DNA of 64,000 nt from an uncultured Phycisphaerales bacterium (GTDB taxonomy: Bacteria; Planctomycetota; Phycisphaerae; Sedimentisphaerales; Anaerobacaceae): the NCBI GenBank assembly GCA_963772725.1, contig CAVYYI010000002.1, forward strand, positions 64,001-128,000, given 5' to 3'. Under the pieces are notes generated by a model that saw nothing but the letters and a program-made list of their open reading frames with translations, searched no databases and was not told the DNA's origin. This document shows, one piece after another, positions 32,724-42,058 of this stretch; positions within the stretch are counted from its first letter, which is position 1, and the number at the start of each line of letters is the position of its first letter. Both the position numbers and the translations under genes were made by a program.

Positions 32724-33701
32724 ATGATTTTGATATTATCAAATAAATGGGACATTAGTGCTGATTTTGTTGTAAGCGAACTCAGGCGACAGAGTTATCC
32801 TTTCCTGCGGCTTAACACCGAAGATCTTGCATCAGGTATAGCAACCGTGGAACTCCCACAGTTGCAAATTAAGGTATCAAAAAGAGATAAAATCTATGAG
32901 CTTGTTAAGGAAGTACACGTAATATGGAACCGGCGGCCAGGAAAACCATATGATGACGTGCTTTTAGAAAATAGGCCTTCTATTGCGACACAACGATTTG
33001 TAAATGACCAATGGTATTCATGGATTGAAGCATTGCAACTAATTCCCAATGTTGTTTGGATCAATCATCCCCAAGCCAATAACGCAATGGAGAGCAAGAT
33101 TAGGCAATTATGGTTGGCATCTAATATTGGTTTTCAAATCCCCAACACACTCATTTCAAACGACCCTTACAAAGCAAGAATGCACCTCAAAAAGTTCGGG
33201 GGTAAAATCATTGCCAAAGCACTTTATTCGCCGTTGATAAATGAAGAAAAAGAGCAGGATTTTTTTATATTTACCAACGAGATAGATAATATTTCAGAAA
33301 GTGATGACACCCAAATCAAGCTCAGTCCCTGTATTTTTCAGGAACCGATAACACCAAAGGTTGATTATAGAATTACTGTTATCGGGGAGACAGTCATACC
33401 AGCCAGAATTGAGTCCGAAAGTCGATCAAATGTAGCTTTAGATTGGCGAACACAAAAAGACGGTTTGAAATTTACTCATTGTACTTTGCCTCAAGAAATC
33501 GAAGACCTCTGCCGTCGCTTCGTAAAAGATAATGGGCTTTTGTTCGGAGCAATTGACCTTGTCGAATGTAAGGGTAAGTTTATATTCCTTGAGATAAACC
33601 CGAATGGAGAGTGGGGTTGGCTGCAAAAACCTAATCGCCTTCCTATAGCAGAAACATTATGCAATCTCATGATAATGAGTGATACAGAGAAGGAGAAATA
33701 A
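32724..33701 (+). CDS. ATP-grasp peptide ligase (MvdC/MvdD-like)
   Basis: ILILSNKWD.SAD, WINHP, K.RQL..A...GF.IP.TL.SN, FQE, DYRITV, DWR, FLEINPNGEWGWL. Confidence 0.92.
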   Translation: MILILSNKWDISADFVVSELRRQSYPFLRLNTEDLASGIATVELPQLQIKVSKRDKIYELVKEVHVIWNRRPGKPYDDVLLENRPSIATQRFVNDQWYSWIEALQLIPNVVWINHPQANNAMESKIRQLWLASNIGFQIPNTLISNDPYKARMHLKKFGGKIIAKALYSPLINEEKEQDFFIFTNEIDNISESDDTQIKLSPCIFQEPITPKVDYRITVIGETVIPARIESESRSNVALDWRTQKDGLKFTHCTLPQEIEDLCRRFVKDNGLLFGAIDLVECKGKFIFLEINPNGEWGWLQKPNRLPIAETLCNLMIMSDTEKEK

Positions 33702-33702
33702 A

Positions 33703-34368
33703 ATGGAACTTAAACGTTTACTGTTTTTGCTTTGGCCACCTTATGAAGCAGCCGTAACAGATAAAATAATCGCAGATAAAAATAGCAAAATAGCAGAGCA
33801 AGTGAGATGGGATTCAATTAAAGCAGAAATATATGGATTATTACCCGAGGACGCTTCAATCTATAAAGAGCTGGAGTTTGCAGCAAGGCAAGTGCAAGAT
33901 GCCGAATCAAAGCGAAAAGAAACACTCGAAAACAAAGCTTCAACTTTTATTGCAGCTAGCGGTATAGCGACGAGTGTTATATCTATAATTCCCGCCTTAT
34001 TTGCAGATGAGTGGAATATTCCAATTAAGTGCGCCATGGTCTCTGGAGGAGCATATTTATTGGCAATAATCTGCTTTTTAGTATCGGCCTATTACGCTGT
34101 AAAAGTGCGAAGAGTCGCAGGTTTTGCTCAGCCAAGTGTGGCCTCATTTCTCGATTCTATGAAATCAAACAAAGGAAGTGGCAAAAAACGTGTGGTCTTG
34201 ACAGTGGCATCCAGTAAGTGGAACGAAGATCTCCTGCTACGCAAATCTAATTATTTATCAGTAGCGGAAGATTTATTTCTTCGTGGACTAGTTTTAGTTA
34301 CAATTGTAGCACTTGTCAGCATAGCAGCGAAGCTTTTTGTGCAGTTAAATATGAATCAGATTAAATAA
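33703..34368 (+). CDS. Membrane protein with about 3 TM helices
   Basis: Hydrophobic segments after LENKAST, at YLLAIICFLVSAYYAV, and at the C-terminus after RKSNYLSVA. Confidence 0.75.
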   Translation: MELKRLLFLLWPPYEAAVTDKIIADKNSKIAEQVRWDSIKAEIYGLLPEDASIYKELEFAARQVQDAESKRKETLENKASTFIAASGIATSVISIIPALFADEWNIPIKCAMVSGGAYLLAIICFLVSAYYAVKVRRVAGFAQPSVASFLDSMKSNKGSGKKRVVLTVASSKWNEDLLLRKSNYLSVAEDLFLRGLVLVTIVALVSIAAKLFVQLNMNQIK

Positions 34369-34423
34369 ATTGTTCCTAAATTTATGGCACTTAAAGGTAT
34401 TAATAAATTTTAGTGAGGTTAAT

Positions 34424-34651
34424 ATGAACAGCAGAATACAGATAATTCCTAAAGGCGGGGCAGAATTAGATTCTTATGTGGATGCAGTTTTAAGGATGGA
34501 AGAAGAGCTTTGCCGAGATGATATTACGGTGGAAGAACACAGAATTAAGTCTGTCGAGGCGGCCCGTGTTCTATTGTTAAAAATCATAGGAACGGTAGCA
34601 TCATATTATATTATAAAAATTATAGACCTTCTTTGGAGGCATGAATTTTGA
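34424..34651 (+). CDS. Small hypothetical protein
   Basis: GAGG upstream of MNSRIQII; hydrophobic C-terminal helix. Confidence 0.4.
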   Translation: MNSRIQIIPKGGAELDSYVDAVLRMEEELCRDDITVEEHRIKSVEAARVLLLKIIGTVASYYIIKIIDLLWRHEF

Positions 34652-34755
34652 CGATAACAGGGGCAACTTCTTGAGAAATTATCTTGAGTATGCGAGCAAA
34701 AATGTAATAATACTTACAAGGAAATTTTTGAATATTTTGATAAGGACATATATTA

Positions 34756-35212
34756 ATGCCCAACAGAGAAACACATATAGTCGTGGGAACTTTAGCGGGC
34801 GGAGGTCTAGCAGACATACAGAGCACGGGAACAAGAACCAGCTTATTTGCTTTTAGAGTTTATAGGTGGAGGTATTACGGGTCATTTTGCGAGCCAGTTT
34901 CCTGATATTATCGAACCAGCTTCTTGGCCAGGCCACCGCCAATTTGCTCATTCGGTTGCATCTGGAAGCGGTGTTGTATACGGCTTATACAAGCTACTTG
35001 AGGAATGGGAAAAATGTTTTCGTTCAAAGGCTGAATATTATAAAAACAAAAGAAGTGAAGAGTACCTACACTGGTTTCAGAAAATTTTTTATGCAATTCT
35101 CGAAGTTCTTTCCAGAATTGCAGCCGGAGGTTTCAGCGGTTTAAGTGCCGGCTATTTGTCACATCTACTCCTTGATGGTGGCACACCAAGGGGTTTGCCG
35201 CTTCTACAGTAG
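34756..35212 (+). CDS. Membrane metal-dependent hydrolase (YdjM-like), 1-nt insertion near 34813
   Basis: MPNRETH, FPDIIEP..HRQFAHS, GYLSHLLLD..TPRGLPL. Confidence 0.8.
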
Positions 35213-35278
35213 GTCCGTTAAGATGCAACCAATAGATTTTTTAGGGGAAATGCGATACAAATTTAAGCAGACACATTT

Positions 35279-38200
35279 ATGGCAATACATGGAAGATTCA
35301 TTGGAATCAATAAGCATTCAGATGTACGAATCCGGGATTTGGCCGGAGCAAATCATGACGCAACAGCTTTATGGGCTTTGTTTTGTGATACAATTACAGG
35401 CATCGAAGCAGAATTAATTGTTGATGAAGAAGCTACGACAAATAAGATCCACCAGGCATTAAGCGAAACTTTGGAAAAAGCTTCTTGCGATGACATTGTT
35501 ATAATTTCTTTTGCTGGCCATGGCACAAATGACCATCGTCTGGTTATGCACGATACTGTCAAAGAGAAATTGGATGACACTACAATTTCCATGACTGAAA
35601 TCGCGGCTCTCTTTAAGAGACTCAAAGGCACAAATTATTCTATTAATTCTTGATTGTTGTTTTAGCGGTGGTGCCCCAGCCCGTGTACTTGAAGACAGTC
35701 CTATTTCTCGTAACTCCGATATATTACCCAACGAACTTGCAGGCAAAGGCCGTATTCTGATAACCGCATCCAATGCTAACGAACCGGCATGGGAACATCC
35801 CGGAACAAGGCATGGACTTTTAACCAAAGCTTTGATAGATGTCCTTCAGAAACCTGGGGGTAAAATTGACTTAACTGTAGCTATGAATGAGGTAATGAGC
35901 CGTGTTAAAACAGACGCAGATAGAATGGGGAAGGTTCAAACACCTGTTCTTCTCGGTTTTATAGAGGGCGGACTTGTTATTCCTACACTTCAACCAGGAA
36001 AACTATTTTACACAAAATTCCCGGAACTTAAGGGTATTAAAATTAGCTCTGATATCAGAGAACTGGCAAAATTCGGAATGCCAGAACCTGTTCTAACCGT
36101 CTGGTCTTACCAATTCAAAAATGGTCTTAATGAATTACAATTACAGGCTGTAAATGAATACAGAATTCTTGAAGGAGAATCATTGCTTGTTATTGCCCCA
36201 ACCACTTCAGGAAAAACATTTATTGGTGAGCTTGCAGGGATAAAAGCCATTACCGAAGGAAGAAAGGCCGTATTCTTGTTGCCTTACAGAGCTTTGGTAA
36301 ATGAAAAATATGATCAGTTTACATCGATGTATGGCAATCAGCTTAATATGAGGGTAGTCAGATGTTCCGGTGATTATACCGATCAGGTAGATTTGTTTGT
36401 CCGTGGCAAATATGATATTGCCTTTTTGACTTTTGAAATGTTCCTGAATATTTTGCTTACTAATCCTGTCTTGCTAGAGCAGATTGGACTTGTTGTTATC
36501 GATGAAACGCAATTTATTACTGATCCCCATAGAGGCGTTGTTGTAGAATTACTTCTAACCTATCTTCTGATGTCGCGCAAAAGAGAAATTACGCCTCAAA
36601 TTGTTGCATTATCCGCTGTTATCGGAGGTGTTAATGATTTTGATATGTGGCTTGATTGTAAGAAGTTGGTTACATATGAAAGGCCGGTACCACTTATAGA
36701 AGGAGTTCTTGACCGCAATGGAACTTTTCAGTATCTCGATGAATCAGGTAAGACAAAAGAATCCCAGCTACTGCCTGTTGGTACGATATACCAACGCCGC
36801 GACAAAGCAAGTTCTCAGGATGTGATAGTCCCTCTGGTTAAAGACCTCTTACATAGAAATAACCAAGAAAAGATTATCATATTCAGGAATCAAAGGGGAA
36901 CTGCGGAAGGAGCAGCAAATTATCTTGCTCAAGAACTGGGATTGCCTGCTGCAACAGAAGCAATAAACTTATTGCCCAGCCATGACCTTTCAAGTACATC
37001 TGAAAGGCTCAGGACTTGCCTTGAAGGTGGGACTGCATTTCATAATACCAATTTAACCCGGGAAGAAAAAGTAATCGTCGAACGCAATTTTCGAAACTCT
37101 GATGGTTTGATAAAAGTATTATCGGCCACAACCACATTAGCTGCAGGAATCAACACACCTGCAACAACTGTGATTTTGGCAGAACAGGAATTCATGGGAG
37201 AAGATGGACGGCCATTCACTGTTGCTGAATATAAAAATATGGCTGGCCGTGCAGGGAGATTAGGCTTCAATGAGAAGGGGTTGGCTATTATCTTGGCAGA
37301 TAGTAGTAATGAAAGAAACATACTTTTCAGGCGTTACATAACAGGAAAACTGGAAGAAATGAAATCCTCGTTTGATCCTTCACACATAGAAACATGGATA
37401 ATCAGATTGCTCGCACAAGTAAAACAAATCCCTAAAAAAGAAGTAGTGAGCCTACCCCTTAATACATACGCAGGCTACATTGCTAATAAAAAAAATCCAA
37501 AGTGGCATAATGAGATAAGTTTGCAATTAGAAAAACTGCTGGAAAAAATGACCGGTCTTGGGCTTATAGAGCAGGAAGCTGATAGCATACAGTTGACTTT
37601 ATTAGGAAGTGTTTGTGGCCAATCTGCTCTTTCTTTTAACTCAGCCATGAGGGCGGTGGAATTACTTAAACTAATCTCACCAAACCAAATAACTTCTGAA
37701 TGTTTAATGGCTCTGGTGCAAGGCTTGGATGAGTTGGACAATACATATACTCCATTAATGAAGAAGGGACAAAAAGAATCCGTCAGGCAACAGGATGCTG
37801 CTAATAGATATGGACCAGATATCATACGTATCCTGCAACGCTATACCCAGGGAGATATGTTTGTATATTACGCACGGTGTAAAAGAGCAGCGATATTATG
37901 GGATTGGGTTAATGGCATTCCAGTCGAAATTATTGAACAGCAATACTCTACAACTCCTTATCAGGGTAGAATAAGTTATGGAGATATGCGAACTTTTGCT
38001 GATGCTACTCGCTTTCACCTGCGTTCTGTGTACCAACTTGTTAATATAATGTTCATGGGGCAAGGGGCAAATGGAAACCAAATTGAAAATCTCTTAAAAA
38101 GACTTGAAATTGGGATTCCATCCAATGCCATAGAGTTGCTTTCTATTCCATTACCTTTAACCCGAGGACAATATCTGGCGCTACACAATATAGGGATAAG

Positions 38201-38300
38201 AAATTTTAAGGACTTATGGGATCTGCCCCATGCAACGATAAACGATATCTTTGGCAAACAACTTGCAGAGCAACTGGTAAAATTGAGACCTTCCAATTAA
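35279..38300 (+). CDS. Caspase-like (peptidase C14) domain fused to a Ski2/Hel308-like SF2 helicase; 1-nt insertion near 35622
   Basis: FIGIN, FAGHG, then shifted frame LILDCCFSG..ITAS..E.AWE..HGLLTKAL continuing without stop into APTTSGKT, IDETQ, LSA, TTTLAAGINTPA, YKNMAGRAGR. Confidence 0.85.
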
Positions 38301-38663
38301 TACTTTATATGTATGAATCACACACTTTCTAATGACATAGCTACTGCTAAAATGTGAATGAAAAATCACCGATGCAACGGAAAGAAGATAATCTGTTTTT
38401 CGTATAGCATCAGACACAATTCGGATTTTGAGGCATGGTGAAAACTCGATTCAGTAACCGACACAATTTACTTCCTCACCTGATGGGCCGACGTTGTCAC
38501 ATTAGGTTACAGACAACACAAGGTACTGCTAAGCTACTTAAATTGAAATAGTTGAGACTTAATCTGACACTTCTGTATAATCTTAACCAAAACTTGTCAG
38601 GGCGGATATCGAAATCGGTTCTATTTATCAGGTGAGTCGCGGTGTTATATATATCTTCAATTT

Positions 38664-38963
38664 TTATGTCTTCGGTCTTTTTAGTTGGTGAGCTATAAAT
38701 GGTGTAATTTTTTCCGTCAATAGCTGTGAAAGTTTACCAATATGTTCTTCGGTTAGCATTTCGCCTTCTTGATCACCACAATTTTTGAACGCGTATCCCA
38801 CGGCTTCATTTATGACTCGATTTTGTTCCTTTTGGCAAGACAATTTCTGTCCAATAGAAATTACTTTTTTAAAAGTACTTCTAATGCAATCATAAGGCCT
38901 CTTTTCATAGTAAATAGATGTCGTAATATCCTCTTTGCTAAGGGATGAAAGATTTACTTCCAT
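38664..38963 (-). CDS. Hypothetical protein or gene fragment abutting the IS5 remnant
   Basis: 99-aa ORF, no recognised motif. Confidence 0.35.
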   Translation of the reverse strand: MEVNLSSLSKEDITTSIYYEKRPYDCIRSTFKKVISIGQKLSCQKEQNRVINEAVGYAFKNCGDQEGEMLTEEHIGKLSQLLTEKITPFIAHQLKRPKT

Positions 38964-38964
38964 C

Positions 38965-39364
38965 TCAATCTCGTCTCCAATAGCACGAGAAAAATCTATC
39001 TGGTCGGATTGGTGCAGCTTGTTCAGGAGAGTATGGTGTATTCTGTCCCATACTCCGGCTTCTTGTCAATCTCGTAACCTTCTCCAGCATGTCATTCCAC
39101 AACCACAGCCCATTTCGGGCGGCAGATCTTCCCACCCTATACCGGTTTTGAGTACGAACAAGATTCCGGTCAGGGCATCCCTGTCCGAGACCGGTTTTCG
39201 GCCAGGATATCTGAATCTCCTTTTCTTCTTTGGTAGTATTGGTTCTATGATTTCCCATAATCTATCATCAAGTATCGGTTTTGCCATGAGTAGTCTCCTT
39301 ATATTTTTGGCTACTCATGTTATCGGATATAAGGGTTAATTACCTTTCATTTTGTTAGAGGCTC
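38965..39364 (-). mobile_element. Truncated IS5-family (IS427/IS1031-like) remnant with a nonsense codon
   Basis: LWEIIEPILP..GRK...ALTGILFVLKTGI.W.DLP..TCWRRLRD*QEAGVW; end GAGCCTCTAACAAAA next to TA. Confidence 0.8.
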
Positions 39365-39548
39365 TAAATCTGAACGGCATGAGCAAATCAAAAAATTTCC
39401 TATTAAGGTTATTTGTGGTAAGAAATCGATAGGCAAAACTCTTGTTGCCGTTTAAATCTATTTTGTCTTTAAGAGATTGTGTCATGGCAACTGTTTTCAG
39501 GTGCTTAAAAGATAATTTTATAAATCCATTAATTCTGTTAAACGTAAA

Positions 39549-40307
39549 ATGAAGAAAATTATTATAGTTCTTGGAGGTTCTGTTGAACTCTACTTACATT
39601 ATTTTAAACTTTTCCAGGAGGTAGAAAGCCAGTTCAACTGCATAGTAAGAAGGATAGGAATTTTTAAATTTGTTACCAATATAAATAATGCTCGTTTAGA
39701 ATTTAAATTCTGCAAGAATCCTACTCGAGATAATAATTATAGGAGTTATAAAAAGTATTTGGAGGATGTAATTAAAGAATTACTGCCACCCCCAGCGGAC
39801 GAGGTCATTAAAAAGAACAGTAAAATATCTATTATACTATTTTTTGGTTTTTGTGGCGCTTTTACCGGAAAAACTGGAGAAATATGCGTTCCTGAAGTGT
39901 TCAAGGAAATATCCTTTAAAACTAATTTCATCAAAAAGTCTGACATTTTTGGGGTGAAGCCTCAAAATACAACAAAAATAAAAAATCTCCTTACAGGTAA
40001 AATAATTAGTGAGAAATCGGTAGTAATTACATCTAATTTATCTCTCACGCCAGATTACGTTGAAAATGGAGACGAAGGTCTAATTTTGCTTGGAAAAAAA
40101 CTTTCAGCTTATGGGGATGTTATTGACAAAGAGAGTTTTAAGATAGCTCAATGTTCCAGAAAAATCCCCATGGGCTTTATGCTTATGACCTCAGATTCTT
40201 TATACGATAGAAATCAAATGATCAGAAACAAACAGCTTTTCGAGCCAGACATAAAAAAATTTAATAAAGCTTGTATAGATTCCATCAAAGTTGTTTTGAA
40301 GGAATGA
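39549..40307 (+). CDS. Nucleoside phosphorylase/nucleosidase-fold protein (divergent)
   Basis: FFGFCGA..G.I.VP, VITSN, VIDKES, LMTSD follow the PNP/MTAN motif order. Confidence 0.55.
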   Translation: MKKIIIVLGGSVELYLHYFKLFQEVESQFNCIVRRIGIFKFVTNINNARLEFKFCKNPTRDNNYRSYKKYLEDVIKELLPPPADEVIKKNSKISIILFFGFCGAFTGKTGEICVPEVFKEISFKTNFIKKSDIFGVKPQNTTKIKNLLTGKIISEKSVVITSNLSLTPDYVENGDEGLILLGKKLSAYGDVIDKESFKIAQCSRKIPMGFMLMTSDSLYDRNQMIRNKQLFEPDIKKFNKACIDSIKVVLKE

Positions 40308-41595
40308 GAGATTTCCTTCTTATTATTTCTGATATAAGGTTTTTTTCATGAAGTAAAGGTATTCTTTCCACTACGTATTTTAGTAATGTTTTATGGAAAC
40401 TACAATATGTACTCTTGCCTGTGACCGCTTTTCTTTTCAATATCAAGGAGCCTGGACACCCCCCTCCACAAAACCTTCTCCAGTTGCAAGTAGAGCATCC
40501 ATGTATGTTCTTGATATCTCTGTAGATTCTAAAGTCGATTGGTTGATTTACCACGGAACTCAGAGATTTTTTAAAAATATTGCCGAGTAAATATTTTTTA
40601 TTCCCCCAAAAATAGTCACAAGGGTACATATCTCCATTAATATCAATGCCGACCAAGGGATATTTTGAATCAATACAACATTGAACACAATTTGAAGGGG
40701 CGGTTTTAGGAGCCAGATTTATTAAGTATTTTCTGACATTCTCTATTTCAATAGTTTTCTCACCGCTAAGTTTAGCTCGAAAATACTTTTCAAAAACCTT
40801 AGTCATGCTTGCAATTAAATCTCCCTCATATGGAGCAATATTCTTGTTGCCCTGACTAACGGGACAAAAGAAAACTGTATTGATTCCTTCGCTTTCGAAA
40901 TGTTCGACAATATTCTCGAGATACTTTACATTTTCCTTGGTCACAACTGTAATAACGCCAATTCCTCCTTGTTTTTGTTTGATTAAACGTAAGTTTTTAA
41001 TAACATCGTCATAAGAAGGCGATCCCCCAATATAAGGACGATTCTTATTGTGCAATTCTTTTGTACCGTCTAGGCTAATTCCTATGTATACTTTTTTTCT
41101 GACCAAGAAGTCTATAGTTTCATTGTCAAATAGCGAACCATTAGATTGCATGGAAAATTTTATCTTATAATCTTTTTGTTCAGAATACGATATCAGTTCT
41201 TTAATAAGTCCAAAATTGGTCATAGGTTCACTGCCGTGGAAAATAACATATCGATCTTCCATGGGCAACTCCATTACCCTATCTATCGCTTTTTTACCGA
41301 CCTCATGTGACATGAAAGATTTGTATTTTTTTAAATGTTCTACAAGACAGTATGTACAGTCAAAATTGCAGTTTCTGCTAACATTCAGTAAAACAAGTGA
41401 AACACCCTTGTACCGCCTCCGCCTACATGAATTCTTGACTTTCTTCGCGACTCCATTATCAAAAAAATCGGCTAATACCCATTTTCCGGATTCAGAACAA
41501 CAAATAAACTTTTTTGTACTGAGAGTTTCTAATTCAAATATATTTTGTTTCATCTGATATTGAAGCACCTTAAGGTTTAATAACAAACGGTTCAC
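40285..41595 (-). CDS. Radical SAM/SPASM enzyme (start 41595 or 41553)
   Basis: CNFDCTYC, FHGSEP, QSNG, ISLDG, SPASM GDMYPC..CSTCNWRRFCGGGCP..YC. Confidence 0.92.
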   Translation of the reverse strand: MNRLLLNLKVLQYQMKQNIFELETLSTKKFICCSESGKWVLADFFDNGVAKKVKNSCRRRRYKGVSLVLLNVSRNCNFDCTYCLVEHLKKYKSFMSHEVGKKAIDRVMELPMEDRYVIFHGSEPMTNFGLIKELISYSEQKDYKIKFSMQSNGSLFDNETIDFLVRKKVYIGISLDGTKELHNKNRPYIGGSPSYDDVIKNLRLIKQKQGGIGVITVVTKENVKYLENIVEHFESEGINTVFFCPVSQGNKNIAPYEGDLIASMTKVFEKYFRAKLSGEKTIEIENVRKYLINLAPKTAPSNCVQCCIDSKYPLVGIDINGDMYPCDYFWGNKKYLLGNIFKKSLSSVVNQPIDFRIYRDIKNIHGCSTCNWRRFCGGGCPGSLILKRKAVTGKSTYCSFHKTLLKYVVERIPLLHEKNLISEIIRRKSLIPSKQL

Positions 41596-41683
41596 TTTCC
41601 ATAAAACTCATTTTTGCTCAAAGTTCGAGTATTAGAAGAACAGGCCATGTAATTCTAACCTGGATACACAAAAAACCGTTCTT

Positions 41684-41902
41684 TCAACAGAAAATGCCAT
41701 CTTGGTATGTTGGAGGCCCCGCATCGTACGGGGGAGGTCCAGCCTGGTATGGTGGAGGACCTGCATAGTACGGAGGAGGTCCAGCCCTATAATGCTGAAA
41801 TTCTGGGATTCCTACCAAAACTTCTACAGGAAAAATTTCTTCCGGCAAAATGACTTTGTTTTCTTTTTGCACGATAATATTTCTGATTTGCTTTTCTACC
41901 AT
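41684..41902 (-). CDS. Putative multicore RiPP precursor with YxAGPPP repeats
   Basis: Leader then YRAGPPP-YYAGPPP-YQAGPPP-YDAGPPT-YQDGIFC; GAGGTG Shine-Dalgarno; immediately upstream of the rSAM. Confidence 0.85.
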   Translation of the reverse strand: MVEKQIRNIIVQKENKVILPEEIFPVEVLVGIPEFQHYRAGPPPYYAGPPPYQAGPPPYDAGPPTYQDGIFC

Positions 41903-41973
41903 TTTACTTGCACCTCACCAATATTAAATTGTCTCATGTTGATTTTTTGGTAAAATTCTTACAAATAAGTAGC

Positions 41974-42001
41974 ATTTTAATATATCCCTACCCATTGTCA
42001 A
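41974..42001 (-). promoter_or_regulatory. Sigma70-like promoter for the precursor-rSAM operon
   Basis: TTGACA-N16-TAAAAT on the minus strand. Confidence 0.5.
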
Positions 42002-42058
42002 GACAAAAAAACTCAAACTTAGGGTTTTTTGAAAAATATTTTAGGAGGTGACGAACAG

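Noticed and set aside
38475..38636. Retron msr/msd interpretation of the inverted repeat
   Set aside because: No reverse transcriptase in the window
39505..39548. TTTATAAA about 25 nt before the PNP-like gene, suggesting an archaeal promoter or origin
   Set aside because: AT-rich context makes it weak, and the linked precursor has a bacterial sigma70-like promoter
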